From Podarcis liolepis (taxonomy: Eukaryota), in assembly GCA_965112155.1 (NCBI GenBank), contig OZ218103.1: 64,000 bases of DNA. One strand, given 5' to 3'. Shown one piece after another: positions 23,319-36,315 of this stretch (position 1 is its first letter; each line of letters opens with the position of its first letter). The notes beneath the pieces were generated by a model. It was not told the DNA's origin. It ran no database searches and saw nothing but the letters and a program-made list of their open reading frames with translations. The position numbers and the translations under genes are program-made.

Positions 23319-26009
23319 TATGTATAATAATATTTTTAAGTTTTATGACTCTTTGAAACCGGTATATAAGCTTTGTTCTAATGTGCCTCAGGGCAGTCTT
23401 TCTAACTAGCAGTTTGTTTCTTTTTTCTCCCCCTCCCCTCAGGAGTTTTAGTCTCAGGAGGATTCAAAAGATTTGTGTGTGGGGTTTGCCCAGGGAAAAA
23501 TGGCTCCCAAATGAGCCCCCTTTGATGGTTGCCACATAGACTGGATTGAAACAGACTTTTTTTTCTTGTATTAGGATGTTTGTGTGGTAAACCACCTTGG
23601 GGTGTTGGATGGTTACATTAAAAGGCCTTAAACAAGTCAATAACCCAAAGGTGGGGAATGTTATCGGTATACCTTCTTTCAGGTAAAGTTGTGTGGAAAT
23701 GGGCAGATCAACCCTTTTTCTTACACCCAGGATTGTCAAGTGTGGCGCTCCTTGAATGTTGACCACAGAGGGAAGCTAAAGAAAATCTTCACTGGTGTAA
23801 CTCAGAGGAAATACTCTCAAGGCTGTGAAATCTGCTTCTGCCTTGAAGTGGGTCAGGTGAGGATCCCGGTCATAGGGCTGATCCTTAAGATCACAAAAGA
23901 GCAGGATATTTACTAGCAGTTTGTTGAATCACTGGCACTTCATCTGCAAGCATGCTTAGTCGTCCCTCAGTAAAAAGAAAACATTAACATTTTACATGTT
24001 ACAGGATGTTGATTGTGCTCCCAGGACAGAGACCCCCGTTTGCCTAAAACCTGTTCAGTCTACCGGCAATTTCTCAGTGACAACCACATGCTGCTCCATC
24101 CATATGTAATCTTGTGCCAGGAAAGGCCACTTCCCTTAAAGGGAGGTAGCCGAGTTGCCATTTTCCAGTATAAAAATAACTGGCTACATGGATTCTCCTG
24201 CGAAGGTAATTATGCACCTTCCAAAGGATTTCTACCATGGATGTGTAATATAATTGTCCTCACTGTGTGTGAGCAGACATTACACACAGCCAGCATCTGG
24301 CCTGGATCTGTGACCAATATGGTAAACGCTATTGCTTGGCTCCGTAACATGGGAACAGAGGGAAAGGAGCAATTCTCAACTGAGGCAGAAGGCAGGACAT
24401 GAAGGAGGCAGAAAGTAAAGCTGAGGAAGAGGAAAAAGGCAGAAACTGGGGGCTCTTGACAGCTCTGGCTGGAGTTGTTTAGGCTGCAAGTAGCAGCTTG
24501 TCTCTGTTCAGGGTAATACTTCTTCAGCAACATGCAGCACCTTAAAATACCTGACAATAGGATGCCCTTGTGTCATTAGTATTTGATATTTCAAAATATG
24601 GTGCAGAGCAGAGTTAAGGCACAGTATAATGACAATTTTTTTTGGGGGGGGAATTAAACTTTGAAAGAGCCAATCCAAAATGAAGCAGTATTTCTACACT
24701 TTTTAAAAACTTTGGCTGTTAAGTAAGATCTCCAGAGCCAATCCTTTAAGTGAATCAGTAGTTGGGGAATCTTTAAAATTGACAAGTGCTGATTGTAATA
24801 ATGATTGTAAAGTAATACATTGCATTTTAATTCCCTCCCCTCCTTATTTTCCTGGGTTGTAGCTCAGTGAAGAGCCAGATCACATATGTTTGCACATCAC
24901 TTACTGCTTTGTTGCACCAAGCAATGACTTGCATGTGTGCCGTCCCAGGTTAAGAATGACAGAATATTTGTGCCACCCAATGTTAATTCAAATACAATAA
25001 TTTCCAATGGACACAGATCACACATTTTCCTTAGAATCATAATGTACTGCATAATCAAATTGAGAGAGATTATGTCGCGAGCAGGTGTGTGTGAATTAGC
25101 TGTTTCCTTCTTTCTCTTTTCCAGGGTTGAATGGTCCTAAGGCAGGTTCTTCTGTGTTTTATTGAAAATTTCTCTCCCTTTTACTGTCTCCTGCTGCAGC
25201 AGTGCTATCCTGTTGACCACTAAAAGCAGGAATTACACATTTTTTAATATCCTTGCAATTCGTTATTTAAATTATCTGACCTCTGTTGTTTTAATGAGCT
25301 TAACAGGATTATTTTTCCACTTGAATATTTTCTACTAGTAGGAAATTCCCCCCGAAGGATTACTTGTGTGCTGCCTTCCTATGTAGCACTATTAATGTTG
25401 ATGACCAAAAGATGGCAGCACTATTTCCATTGTCATTGCCCTTCTGCTTTCCTGTATATATACTATTAAAGAAGAACCCGGATACAACAAAGCTCCCATC
25501 AATGACCAACAAGAAGGGAGTAGCTAAACTTGTGAGTTGTGCATTTCAACTGCTTAGAGCACTTAGACCTATACACTGCTGGATAATGTATTAAAGACTT
25601 CATTTAAAACAATTGTATGCTATGTTATATACAGAATTGTTGTACCACCTTTTTTTTTGTAAAATTAATACGGAAAGAAAGAAAAAATTCTAGCAATTTT
25701 TCTTTAGTGGTCTACAATTCTCTTGTGAACCTATGATTTGACAAGTAATAACCATTTCACTTTTTAGAAGTCATTTTGGGGAACCTGTCACCCTCCATAT
25801 GTTATTAGACTCCTATCATCTCTGACCATTAGTCATGCTGGCTGGGGCTGATGGGGAATCCAGCAACATCTTTAGTGCTACAGGTTCTCCTCTCCTGCTT
25901 TTTAGAGGTTGCAGTTAGGTGCAGATCTCTTTTACAAGTCTGATGTGGGCTTAATCTGAGCCAAGTCACCTGGGTGCTTGATTTGCTGTGATGTTTCGAA
26001 GGGCTACCC

Positions 26010-26147
26010 CAGGCACCCACAATCTGCGGCCCCCCCCAGATGTTTTGGCCTACAACTCCCATGATCCCTAGCTAACAGGACCAGTAGTCAGGGATGATGG
26101 GAATTGTAGTCCAAAACATCTGGAGTGCCGAAGGTTGGCGATGCCTA
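26010..26147. mobile_element. hAT MITE
   Basis: Internal ccagatgttttgg/ccaaaacatctgg inverted repeat; exact 8-bp TSD GGCTACCC at 26002-26009 and 26148-26155. Confidence 0.88.
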
Positions 26148-27886
26148 GGCTACCCCGATATAGTTTGCAACCTGAGGAAGAACTCGAAACAGAGCCCATC
26201 CAAAATCCAAAGCTGGTCAAGTTGTTTTGGTACCTGAGCCAGAAAATCCTGCAAGTGCCTTATCTTGTGATTAAAAATATAATAATATTTTTTGTTGTAG
26301 ATGATGATGAAAAAATGCTTACCTTTCATGGGCCTCACACTGCATAATGGGAGGACTTACCTCCCAACAAAGAAGACCTTCCAAAAAAGTATTCTAGCAT
26401 GATTTCCAAATATTGATACTCTCCTGACCACTGATGAAATGCAAAGAAGGACAGGGCTCTTGCACTGTTAATAATGGAATAAAGGAAATTTTATCAGGAA
26501 GGTTTTTTCCTTGCCTGGCCTGACAATCTTATCTATTGCGTTTCCCTCTACTCTACAATTTTAAATATACATGCACCCCATTTTTTTTTGCATCTGGTCA
26601 TCCTAGCCCTTAACTATGGAGCAGTTCAATGTCATACATGTATTTCTACACATATGAAGACTTCAAGTTAGTATAAGGTGATGGTTTTGCTTTCACTGCT
26701 CCCTCCCCGCAAATTGAGACCAGGGCTATACTTAGCCATACCTTCCTCTCATGCATAATTTGCATTTTTAGAGAAACAATTTTAGAGAAATGGGGGGAGT
26801 TATTGTTTCTTAAAAGTAATAACTAAAAACTTTCTAGTGTGGCTGATCAACCATTCCTTGCCCTCCCCTGGAGTGAGTGATAATAAAGCACATTATATTT
26901 GTTGAAAATTCGAGGACACTCTTGAGTAACGTGAAACACACTGTCCCACTGGGGCTGAATGAACTTGTTTCCTTTGTAGCTTCAACCCCACTTGACCTGG
27001 GAGAGAAGCCATGATGATGAATGAATGCTGGCTTCCTAAATGGCAAAGCAAAACACTCACACTACTGCTCAGCTGCCAGTTTGCTTAGCCACCATAGTTA
27101 GCATTAACAGCAGATCTAACCTACACATGGAGTACCAAAGAACATTTCCAGAAGGCACTTCCTTATAGCTGCTTCTCTTGCCGCCCCCCCCCCCGTCTCT
27201 GTCGTCTTCTTTTTAAATCTAATTGAAAGATAGCGTCTCGAGGTGATGACAAAAAGGCATATATCTGACCAGCACCAGATAGGCTTTCCTCAGCTCCGGA
27301 TACGACTTCTGTAATGCACAAAGCAGCAATAGAGTGTCAGCTCCGAAGCAAAGTTTACGATGTTTTTGAAGATTGTGTTAGTTCCTGTCAAAGTTAACTT
27401 AGAAAATGGCCACAGCGTGGCACGGTATGTTGAGATGTTAGTTTATAGATCCTTGGTGGAGCTTGTTCCAGAATTGGTAATATATGGGATGTGAGAGATC
27501 AAACGAAAGGAAGGCTTTTTTCTGTTTTATTAAAAAAATGATTAAAGAGTTGCAGCATCGTTTTGTTCCTTTTCTACCACATTGATCAGACAAATGGCTA
27601 AGAAGGTGGCTGCTGACCTATGTATAACAAACAGGGAAATAAGGAATTATGGGGCTCTACCAGGATCTTGGGTCATTTTGGGGAATCGAAGCTGGTGCTG
27701 TTCTTGCTACTTTGCCAAGTGCTTCCTAGTACCAGTTTCACTACTAATGCCCACCATTGCCTGGTAAGCCTACTTGAGGCCTTGCTGTGGTCACCTTGCC
27801 CATGGCCCCCTCCAACCCAGAGTGCTGGTACCACTGAGCTTCACTGTTCTGATTTTCTACGGATAGTTCAGTCCACACAGCATGAG

Positions 27887-28012
27887 CACTGCTATTTTTC
27901 TAAAAAATGATGCGGTGCCAGAACTCACCATGGACACCTCCCTCGTTCTCTTAGAATGGCACACACCTGAGAGGTGCCGGAACTAAGTTCTGGCTCACAA
28001 AAAAAAGCCCTG
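27887..28012 (+). mobile_element. Non-autonomous hAT-type element, copy 1
   Basis: cactgctatttttcta...ggtgccggaact...aaaaagccctg; 8-bp TSD agcatgag/agcatggg (1 mismatch). Confidence 0.75.
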
Positions 28013-28099
28013 AGCATGGGATCAAGCCTCATATTAGGCAGGGGGTTGGACTAGATGACCCTTGTAGCCCTTCCAATTCTACAATTTTATGATTCTATG

Positions 28100-28216
28100 C
28101 AATGCTATTTTTCAAGAAAAAGAAGTGCCGGAACTCACCACGAAAGCCTCTCATAATGGCAATAGTATCCACTTGGGTTCTGGCGAGTTCCACCTGTAAA
28201 AAAAGAAGAAGCCCTT
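28100..28216 (+). mobile_element. Same hAT-type element, copy 2, adjoining a CR1 tail (28038-28099)
   Basis: caatgctatttttcaagaaaaagaagtgccggaactcacca...aagccctt; degenerate TSD attctatg/tttctata. Confidence 0.7.
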
Positions 28217-28742
28217 TTTCTATAGCAGGCAAGGAAGCATAGCAGCAGCTTGTTTTCCCACAGCCTCAGAGGTAGGCAGAATCTGCAATTTGCAATCCAG
28301 TCAGCTGAAAAATAAAAGAGATTAAAGTTGCAGGTAATTTAGTTATTTAAAATGATGGTATCTCACCTACTCAAGATGGCTAATAAGTCAAAACACCAAA
28401 ACCATGGTCTGCATCCCCTGCTGTATATTTGCTCCTGCAACAGACTTCCTCTTTCTGCAAAGGAACTTCCTCTTCCACTCCTGCCATACACAGCTCCACC
28501 CCCTAAGTGCCCTCAAAAGCAGCTACAGAGGGTTGGAGGACTCTCCGGAGAAGATAGGAGGTGTGGGGTGGAGAGAAAATGGAAGTCCCGTTGCACATTG
28601 GATGCAATAGAGTATTTCAGATGCAAAAGAATCTCCAGGTTAAACTCAGTCATAAACCAATCCCGGGAACTCTTGACAAAGTGAAGAAGCAAGTGTAATT
28701 ATTCCTGGCAAGCATACTTGAGAGGGTTCACATCTCGAAAGG

Positions 28743-28743
<1 letters not shown>

Positions 28744-28790
<47 letters not shown>
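28744..28790. repeat. (TAA)n microsatellite
   Basis: Trinucleotide run. Confidence 0.95.
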
Positions 28791-28793
<3 letters not shown>

Positions 28794-28926
28794 TTTATTA
28801 TTATGTGTGTGGAGGGCTGAGGTTAAGCAGCTTGTCTCAAGTCATGTTTTTGGCAGAAGTAGTAGTTTAACCCAGAGTCTTCCTGGTTCACTAAATAACC
28901 CTAGTACTAATTTACAATAGTAAAAT

Positions 28927-29033
28927 CAGGGCTTTTTTCCCACCTCTCAGGTGGGCGCCATTGCCATTCTAAGAGAACGAGGGTGGTGTTCGTGGTGAGT
29001 TGCGGCACCTCTTTTTCTAGAAAAATAGCACTG
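28927..29033 (-). mobile_element. Same hAT-type element, copy 3, inverted
   Basis: caggggctttttt...tctttttctagaaaaatagcactg; 8-bp TSD agtaaaat/agcaaaat at 28919-28926 and 29034-29041. Confidence 0.78.
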
Positions 29034-29704
29034 AGCAAAATACTATATGAGTAAACAAGTCTGTTTAAAGCTTCGTGGCGATGTGTGGGGGGGATTAAAC
29101 GCAGTGTGCCTGATATCTTTTAAGAGAGTTTAATGGATTCCCTAATGGTTGAGAAGGAACTGTAATTGGGGGGCCTATCTAGTAGTTGATTTCTGGATCT
29201 TGTCACGCCAGGTAAGTAGACTGATTTTTATAGCCTATACAGTATTCCCGAGGGGAGCAAATTCTGAAGAAAAGGGTTCCAGGCGACTGAGCGTGTTCCA
29301 TTTGGTTCACTTTGCTGGAATTACTGTGAACCAGTAACTGAAATCTACTCTAATGAAAAAGCTTTAGGGGCTCACTTCGCAGCTACCAGAACTGAAGGCA
29401 CTGTGGAGAATAGAAGATGGAAGTCAAAGAAACCAAAACAGCTTTCCTTAAGCTTTCTTTCTGAATCAGTAACTTGCTTGTTTTTTTCTGTTTTAATGCA
29501 GTGTGTGTTTGTCTCCGTAAAATCACAGGCAATATAAAAATAGGGGGGTTGGGGTTGGGGTGATATTCTCATCCTAAGTCTGAGGAAGAAAATTGATTAT
29601 TAAAGGCCTCCACTGTCTCTTTATCAGAGAGAGAACACACCTAAACTGTGCAATGCTTAAAATGAGGAGAAGGCAGAAAGTAGGTCCCCCATTAAAAGTC
29701 TTCC

Positions 29705-30080
29705 CTCACCTTCCAAGTGTCCCTATTTTTAAGGATTCACAGAAGCCATCCAGGTTTTTGATTTGATCCCGAAATGTCCTGCTTTTCCTTAGGATGTCCC
29801 TGTTTTCATCACAGAAATGTTGGAGGGTATGGAGTTATGCAACCCCTGAGCCAAGGAGATAAGTAAACTATACAACCAGGCATCTGAAAACAGCCCTGTA
29901 TAGGGGATGTTTAGTTTTTTAAAAAATGTTTGTTGCTTTATTATGTTTTATATATATTTGAAGCCACCCAGAGTGACTGGGGCAACCTAGTCAGATGGGC
30001 AGGGTATAAATAATAAAAGTATTATTATTATTATGGAATAGGATGTCCCTATTTTCATTGGAGAAATGTTGGAGTGTATG
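29705..30080 (+). mobile_element. Composite element: DNA-transposon-like ends enclosing an L2 3' tail
   Basis: 42-bp right-end sequence repeated at 29790-29831 and 30039-30080 around an L2 tail (catctgaaaacagccctg...tcagatgggcagggtataaataat). Confidence 0.65.
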
Positions 30081-31748
30081 CTGGTGGCCATAGATAAGCC
30101 GTAATATTTCCACATTAGCCATCTGTAAAAAATAAATAAATGGGGAGGGGGGGCTGAGACAGTGTAAGTTGTAAGGAACTGGTGCCTTTAGGTGAAGTTT
30201 GCTACAAGGACATCATTTTATTTTATTTTTCCCTGCGTGTCATCAAAATTAAGGAGTTACCAGGAGTTCATAGATGCATTATTCGCCTTTCAGCCTCTGG
30301 TTTTTTTTTACATTTATTAATGTGTAATTGTTTTGGTCTTCTCGTTCTTGGCATGATCTGTCTGCTTTCAAGCATCTCGTGCAAATAGTTTCCCTGTTAA
30401 CATATCTGAGTGTTTGATGTTTATTTGGGTAATCTGTTTAATAGAAAGAGCTGTATTTTTTCCCATCTGAAGAAAGCAGAATCTACCTCTGTTATTTCCC
30501 CCCTCCTCCTGTTCTTGCATCTATTTTTAACACCTTAAAAACATGCTAAATAGGAAACTGGAAGGATCAAACAAAAGTCACTTCATGGGAAAATAACAGT
30601 GTTAATAGAAAACTAGGAACAATCTAGATATAGCAGGTGTTAAGGTTGCTCACTGGGCCTTATCTTTCTCCCCATTTGAGCATGCTCATTATTGTTGTAA
30701 TATTGATCATACACTTGTTTTAACAGTGTATATATCGTGTTTGTGAGGGATAGGCAATACATGGTTGGCAGGCCTCAGAACAATTCCATGGAGCCAGTAG
30801 ACACTTACTTGAAACTGAAAATCTTCACTTAACGAATGTGAGTGTGCAGTCCTGATGTATTCACAAATGTGATGGCAAAGCTATTTTTTTTTAAATCTTC
30901 AAAATATATATATATATATATATCTAAATTAGAATCAGAGTATTGCAGAACAAGTGAAATAGCTACATTTCAACCCCTGCCATGTACGAGAATGATGTAT
31001 ATGTTATGTTAATTTAAAGCCACCAAATGAGCAGAATTAATACACTTCACAAACGTTTTGACTATTGTAATTTACACAGGTGTTTGATTTGCAAAGCCCC
31101 ACTGTCAAAAACTCTTGCTCATGCCAAATACATCTTATCTCTTTAAAAATGGATTTGTTTGTCTTTGCCAGCTCTTAATGTGAACTTTGTGGCTGTTAGC
31201 TTGTTTTTTACCCAAACAATCTTTCAGCAAGTCGTTATTAAAGGGTATTCCTCCACCTGGCTCCAAGAAACAAAACAAAAAATGGAGTAGATATAGCCCC
31301 CACAACTTTCAAGCATGAGTGATAGTCCTTAATTTGGAAATAGGTGGTGGCTATGAACTTTCCATAGCCCTCACCACACTGCTTCCTGGTTTACTTGAAG
31401 TTCTAGTAGCCTCCCAGAGCACATTCTCTGCCCAGGCCACAGTTTCTCCCCTCTAACACCACCATGGTTTCTACACATATGACTCCCTGCTTGGCTGCCT
31501 GGTTTGCCTATGTGTATGTTTGCATGATGAGCACACCAGCCAGCTGGCCATATTCATCAGGGTAGCTGCAGCTGCAGCAATTTCTGTGTGGGGCGTGGCA
31601 GAATGCAGAAATTGATGGGCTTCCTGTTGCAGCAAAGAACTTCTTCCCTTCTCTCTAAGCACTAGATCAGCAAATGTAGGTTTGTGAACTCAGGCCAGGG
31701 AGGTCTCCTCAGCAGCAACAGCCTTGATAACCTGCTACCAATTTGAAA

Positions 31749-31793
31749 ATGGCACCGGAAGTTATTGTAAATGAGAAGATGATCATGAAGCAT
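31749..31793 (+). CDS. Candidate alternative first coding exon, MAPEVIVNEKMIMKH (host gene unidentified)
   Basis: Strong Kozak context aaaATGg; 15 codons ending exactly at a consensus phase-0 donor CAT|GTAAGT; upstream in-frame TAA at 31728-31730; no recognisable repeat; GC-box and E-boxes upstream. Confidence 0.35.
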
Positions 31794-32579
31794 GTAAGTT
31801 CCTTTTCCCATTTCCTGCAAAATATACAAAACAGGCTTCTGAGATCTTAGTAAAGTTGTTGCTTAGTAAAACTGGGATTGGGCTCCAAGGTCTATATCAA
31901 GTAGAGCCATGGATCCTAGGCGTGCTTGCATGGGAGTAAATTGCACTGTATTCAATAGGACTTCACTATCCAGAGGGTCACACCCTAACCTACATTTCAG
32001 CCAGTTTAATCCCTTTTAAAAATAAAAACTGATGAAATAAAAAGAATACAGTACAATATGCACCATGTCTTTTGTTCAAGGCTAGACTCCCAAGCTATGT
32101 GGAATCAAAGATTCCTTTCTGTTACACAAAAGAAGGGAATTCCTCTCAGAGGAAGTCAGGGTTAGAAATTGAGGTGGCCACAAAACGGCAACAATTTATA
32201 ATATAGCCATATTTTAAGACATTTGAAAAGGGTAATAAATAATAAATTTAATAGCTACCTGTGAAAAAATAGGGCTTTCAGCCATTTTGTGTTTGGTTTT
32301 TGATTGCATAACAGTTGCTTTTTGCTTTATGGTGTTTTGTACGATTTGGTCTGATTCCTTGTTATTCATCCAGCACTTTTAATGCCACATTAGTATTGGG
32401 AGTAGGTTGGGCCAGGTCCAGAAGATTAGAAGACTGACTAGCAGATACAGCCTGATAAAAATAAAGATGCCCATTTAAGAAGATTGAGGGGTTTGGTCTG
32501 CCTAATGTTGTTCCTGCTCTTCCCACACATGGTGCGGGCTGCAGCACATAATCTCTGTTTTTGTGATCTTGATATTGTT

Positions 32580-32785
32580 TTATTATTAGCTTTGTGCCCC
32601 ATCCAAGGGTTTCTGGGCAGTATACATGGGACTATTCTTTTTGTCCTATAAAAGGAGGTAGATTAGAATGAGATGCACTATAGTTAGTTCAAAGTGAACA
32701 AATAAGCCTCATGGCTGAATGGAGATTTGAATCAAGAACCACCAGTCCAAGTCCAACACTCTGACCATTGCACCACAGTGTCTTT
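32580..32785 (-). mobile_element. Decayed Squam3/MIR-like SINE
   Basis: catggctgaatggagatttgaa...agtccaacactctgaccattgcaccaca is the reverse complement of a tRNA-like head. Confidence 0.6.
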
Positions 32786-34346
32786 CACTAGATTTACTTT
32801 GCACCAGCTTTTCCAGATGATGAAACAAAATGTGAAGCTTTTATGTAACTCTACACTACATGCAATTTCTGCAAGTGTTGTATTTTCATAAAGGAGCCGT
32901 AGAGATCATGGATTGAATGTAGGCTTGCTGTTTCATGAATGTAAGGACCCTTTTGATATGTGGAAGCGAGTTATGTTCTAAGGAGGTTCCCATTACACAG
33001 AATGGATGCTCCCCAGTGCCACCTCCCACACTGTTTTGGAGGGCTCCCCAACCCTAGTCTAGAGCAAATATTTTTTTGCGGAGGGGGGCTTGGGAAGCAT
33101 CTGGTTTTTAAGGTTCCAATTATATGGGCAAATCTGTCTTATTCCTGAAATAGAAATTCATTTTTGTGTCTTCTGAGTAGTTACATAGAAAGGAATATAT
33201 CTTACAGATTCAAGAGAATGGAGGGGGAAGTGAAAATAAGAAATATATATATGAGATGCCTTTGATGCAGGAGGTGATGGGGAGGTGTGCAAACAGCCAT
33301 TGTTTCTGTACCTGAGAATTCCTCTATTGATAGAATAAAAAGAAAATTGCAGAGTAGTTCCGTGAATCTTCCAGGGCTCCAAAGGACTGAAGGGCTTCTC
33401 TCTAAATAAAGTGCTCCCTGCTTTTCCTCCCTGGCTCTTTGAATATAAAATTTGATCAAGGAAAAAAAATGAACGTAATAGAAATCAGTTCTCATTTGCT
33501 GCTTTATTCGTTTAATAAAATGGGCTGTTTGTGAATGGGCTTCCTTTGAAATGAACTATTTCCATGGTAAATGGGTGAGCATTTGAATAGACTGGAAGTG
33601 TGGAGAGATAGATAATGCTACTTGCAATGATGCCTATGATAGATGATGGCACATGTCAAATTTTAAATAAATTTAGTGCTCCTGAAATGTGCTAGATTGC
33701 CAGTGACTGAAATTACTCTATTTACCAAGCATGAACCACATAACTGCAGCAGTGCCTGGTTTTCCATGCCGACTTGTTTGCTGCTGTTGAATAAGGCAAT
33801 GCAGAAGTGAAAGCAAGCATACCGCAAAGGAAGCTGTCTTATGTCGAGCCAGACCACTGGTTTATTGTGCTCAGTATTCTCTTTGCTGATTGGCAGTGGC
33901 TCTCCAAGGTTTCCCAACCCTACCACAGATTGAATCTAGGACCTTTTCCATGGAAAGCTCATTAATTCTAAGTGTTGTCCCTTCGCCTTTCTAAAGTAAT
34001 ATTCACTGAACATAGTGGTATTTATTGACTTCAAAGTCACGCCAACACTAACTTGCAAGCCAATTGCTGTTTATCATCTCTGGCAGCCATCAAGGAGCTT
34101 CATATACCTTCTTGAAAATCCAAGGTCATTATTTGTCCTGGGTTGGGAGCACCTTCAGAGATGTTGAATAAAGGGGCAATCAGGATTGGGGCCATGCTGT
34201 GTCCCCCTATGCCACAGTCTTTGTGAAAATCCCCTCCCACAGCTGATATTTAACCCCATTAGAAGACACTCATTTTCAGTGTGAGAAATGGCAACTAATG
34301 GGGCTTTGCAGAGTGGTGGAACTACTGGTACATTCATTGCCTAGCC

Positions 34347-34483
34347 CAGGCATAGGCAAACTCCGACCTCCAGCTGTTTGGGGACTACAACTCCCATCAT
34401 TCCTAGCTAACAGAACCAGTGGTCAGGGATGATGGGAGGTGTAGTCCCAAAAATATCTGGAGGGCCGAATTTGCCTATGCCTG
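34347..34483. mobile_element. hAT MITE
   Basis: Perfect 14-bp TIR CAGGCATAGGCAAA; exact 8-bp TSD GCCTAGCC at 34339-34346 and 34484-34491. Confidence 0.93.
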
Positions 34484-36077
34484 GCCTAGCCACTTATAGT
34501 TCCTGTGAGGAGACAGGACAATTGTGACATCTCCAGACTGGTGCACTAGTTGAGTTTGAACTGTGCCCAATGCCAGCTGCCAATGGTTGTGAGATTGGCT
34601 TTGGATGCAACAGATCAGAGGCCAGCACAGCCTCTCCCCACCCTTCCCTTCTCTTTCGGGCTTTTTGCTGGGTTTCTCCCAATGAGGATATCAACAGCAG
34701 GCCTCCTGGCTATTTGGTGGCCAGCAGGAGGCTGACTCACTTGTCAGAGCTGAGCTGAGGGACACCTCCACTCAATCTAAGCCTCACATAGCTCAGCCTA
34801 AGCAGGATTTGGATTGCCCTTTAAATCTATTTCCCCAGCCTTGAGCAGTCGATAGTTGCAGAAAATCCTTCTGTCTGTTCAGAGTCTAGTTGTTTTCGTT
34901 TAAGCAGCCATTCCTTCAGTATAATTAATTGTCTGCATCAACTTAAAGGCACTGGGTGTCACCTGTGTGCATTTTGTTTAATAGTTTTTATGGTCAGTCC
35001 TGCACAGTGTAAGGAAGCATTTTGCTGCATGCAGAAAGAGGTTGAAATGTCACAAGGATGAAACCACTCACAGTGGAAGGTTTTATGGTTGTGATTTTAT
35101 CTTTGAGGTCAGTGGGACTTACTCCCAGGTAAGCGAATTAGGAAGATTTGCAGCCTCGTGGACTTGGGTGTTTTTGGCTTTGGGTATGCGTGTGGCAGTG
35201 CTGCTGTATCTCGAGTTTCATAGTCTTAAAACTTAACCACTTAAAGTTCTCCCTCCTCTCCGCGGGGATGACAACACCATCACTAGAATGCCGACACAAT
35301 AAATGCATGGGTAGCAGGTTTAACAAAAAATATAAATGGATTACGGAAGCCACACAGCTGTTTTGGCACACCACAACAGTTTAACAAAACTGCAGCATTT
35401 GAGCTGAACTCTGCTTTTAATAGACTTCTGCACTGGCCCTTGTGGGTACTACCAATTTGTTTCTTTGGAGGGCATCTGAAGCCCATCAGATGTTAATAGT
35501 GTTCAGTCACAGCTGAGGTAGGCTGGCTATGAACCAATGATCCAGAGGCAAAAAGCTTCTGTGGCCCATCACCAATCTCCCTGAGCCACCCAGTCTCCTG
35601 CAGTCCACTCATCTTTCTGGTCTCATAGCTCTCATAAGTTAATCTTTCTTCTCCTGTGTCTAATGTGATAATCTTTCTTCTCCTACATATCTGCCTTTGA
35701 CTTCCTTGACAGTAAGGCTGACAAACACCCTCAGTAGTCCCCCCCTCCCTTTGTTGCACAGAAGTATTAGTCAGGAGTACAGTTTGAAGTAAAATGGATA
35801 TCTAAAAATAAAAAGACATGTGCCGAAACCGTTTTCACGCATTCAGCAGAATGCCGAAGGGACATGCTGATGCTCGAGTGTGGCTAATGAGGGTGGTTCC
35901 ACCCTCCTCGTTCATTCATTGAATTCATGAGGGGTTTTGTGAATAAGGCTTATATTTTTTAGAGTTCTGTGGAGTTTTTAATATAGTTTTGTTGTGTTAG
36001 TTATGATATATAACTGAATTGAATTATGATTATCAGTTGGATTGTTTTGAAAAATTATTCTTATACCATACTATGTA

Positions 36078-36315
36078 CAGAATGGTACTTTGGTTTAAGA
36101 ACAGCTTAGTTTATGAACAACTTGGATTAAGAACGCTGCAAACCCAGAAGTAGGTGTTTTGGTTTGTGAACTTTGCCTTGGAAGCAGAACATGTTTCACT
36201 TCCTGTTGAGTGTGTTCCATTTGTAAACTCTGTCCCCCGCTGCTATGGGAAAGCACACCTTTGTTTAAGAATGGACTCCCAGAATGGATTAAGTTTGTAA
36301 ACCAAGTTACCACTG
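36078..36315. mobile_element. Tigger-like MITE, decayed
   Basis: TA-cagaatggtactttggttta ... taaaccaagttaccactg-TA. Confidence 0.7.
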
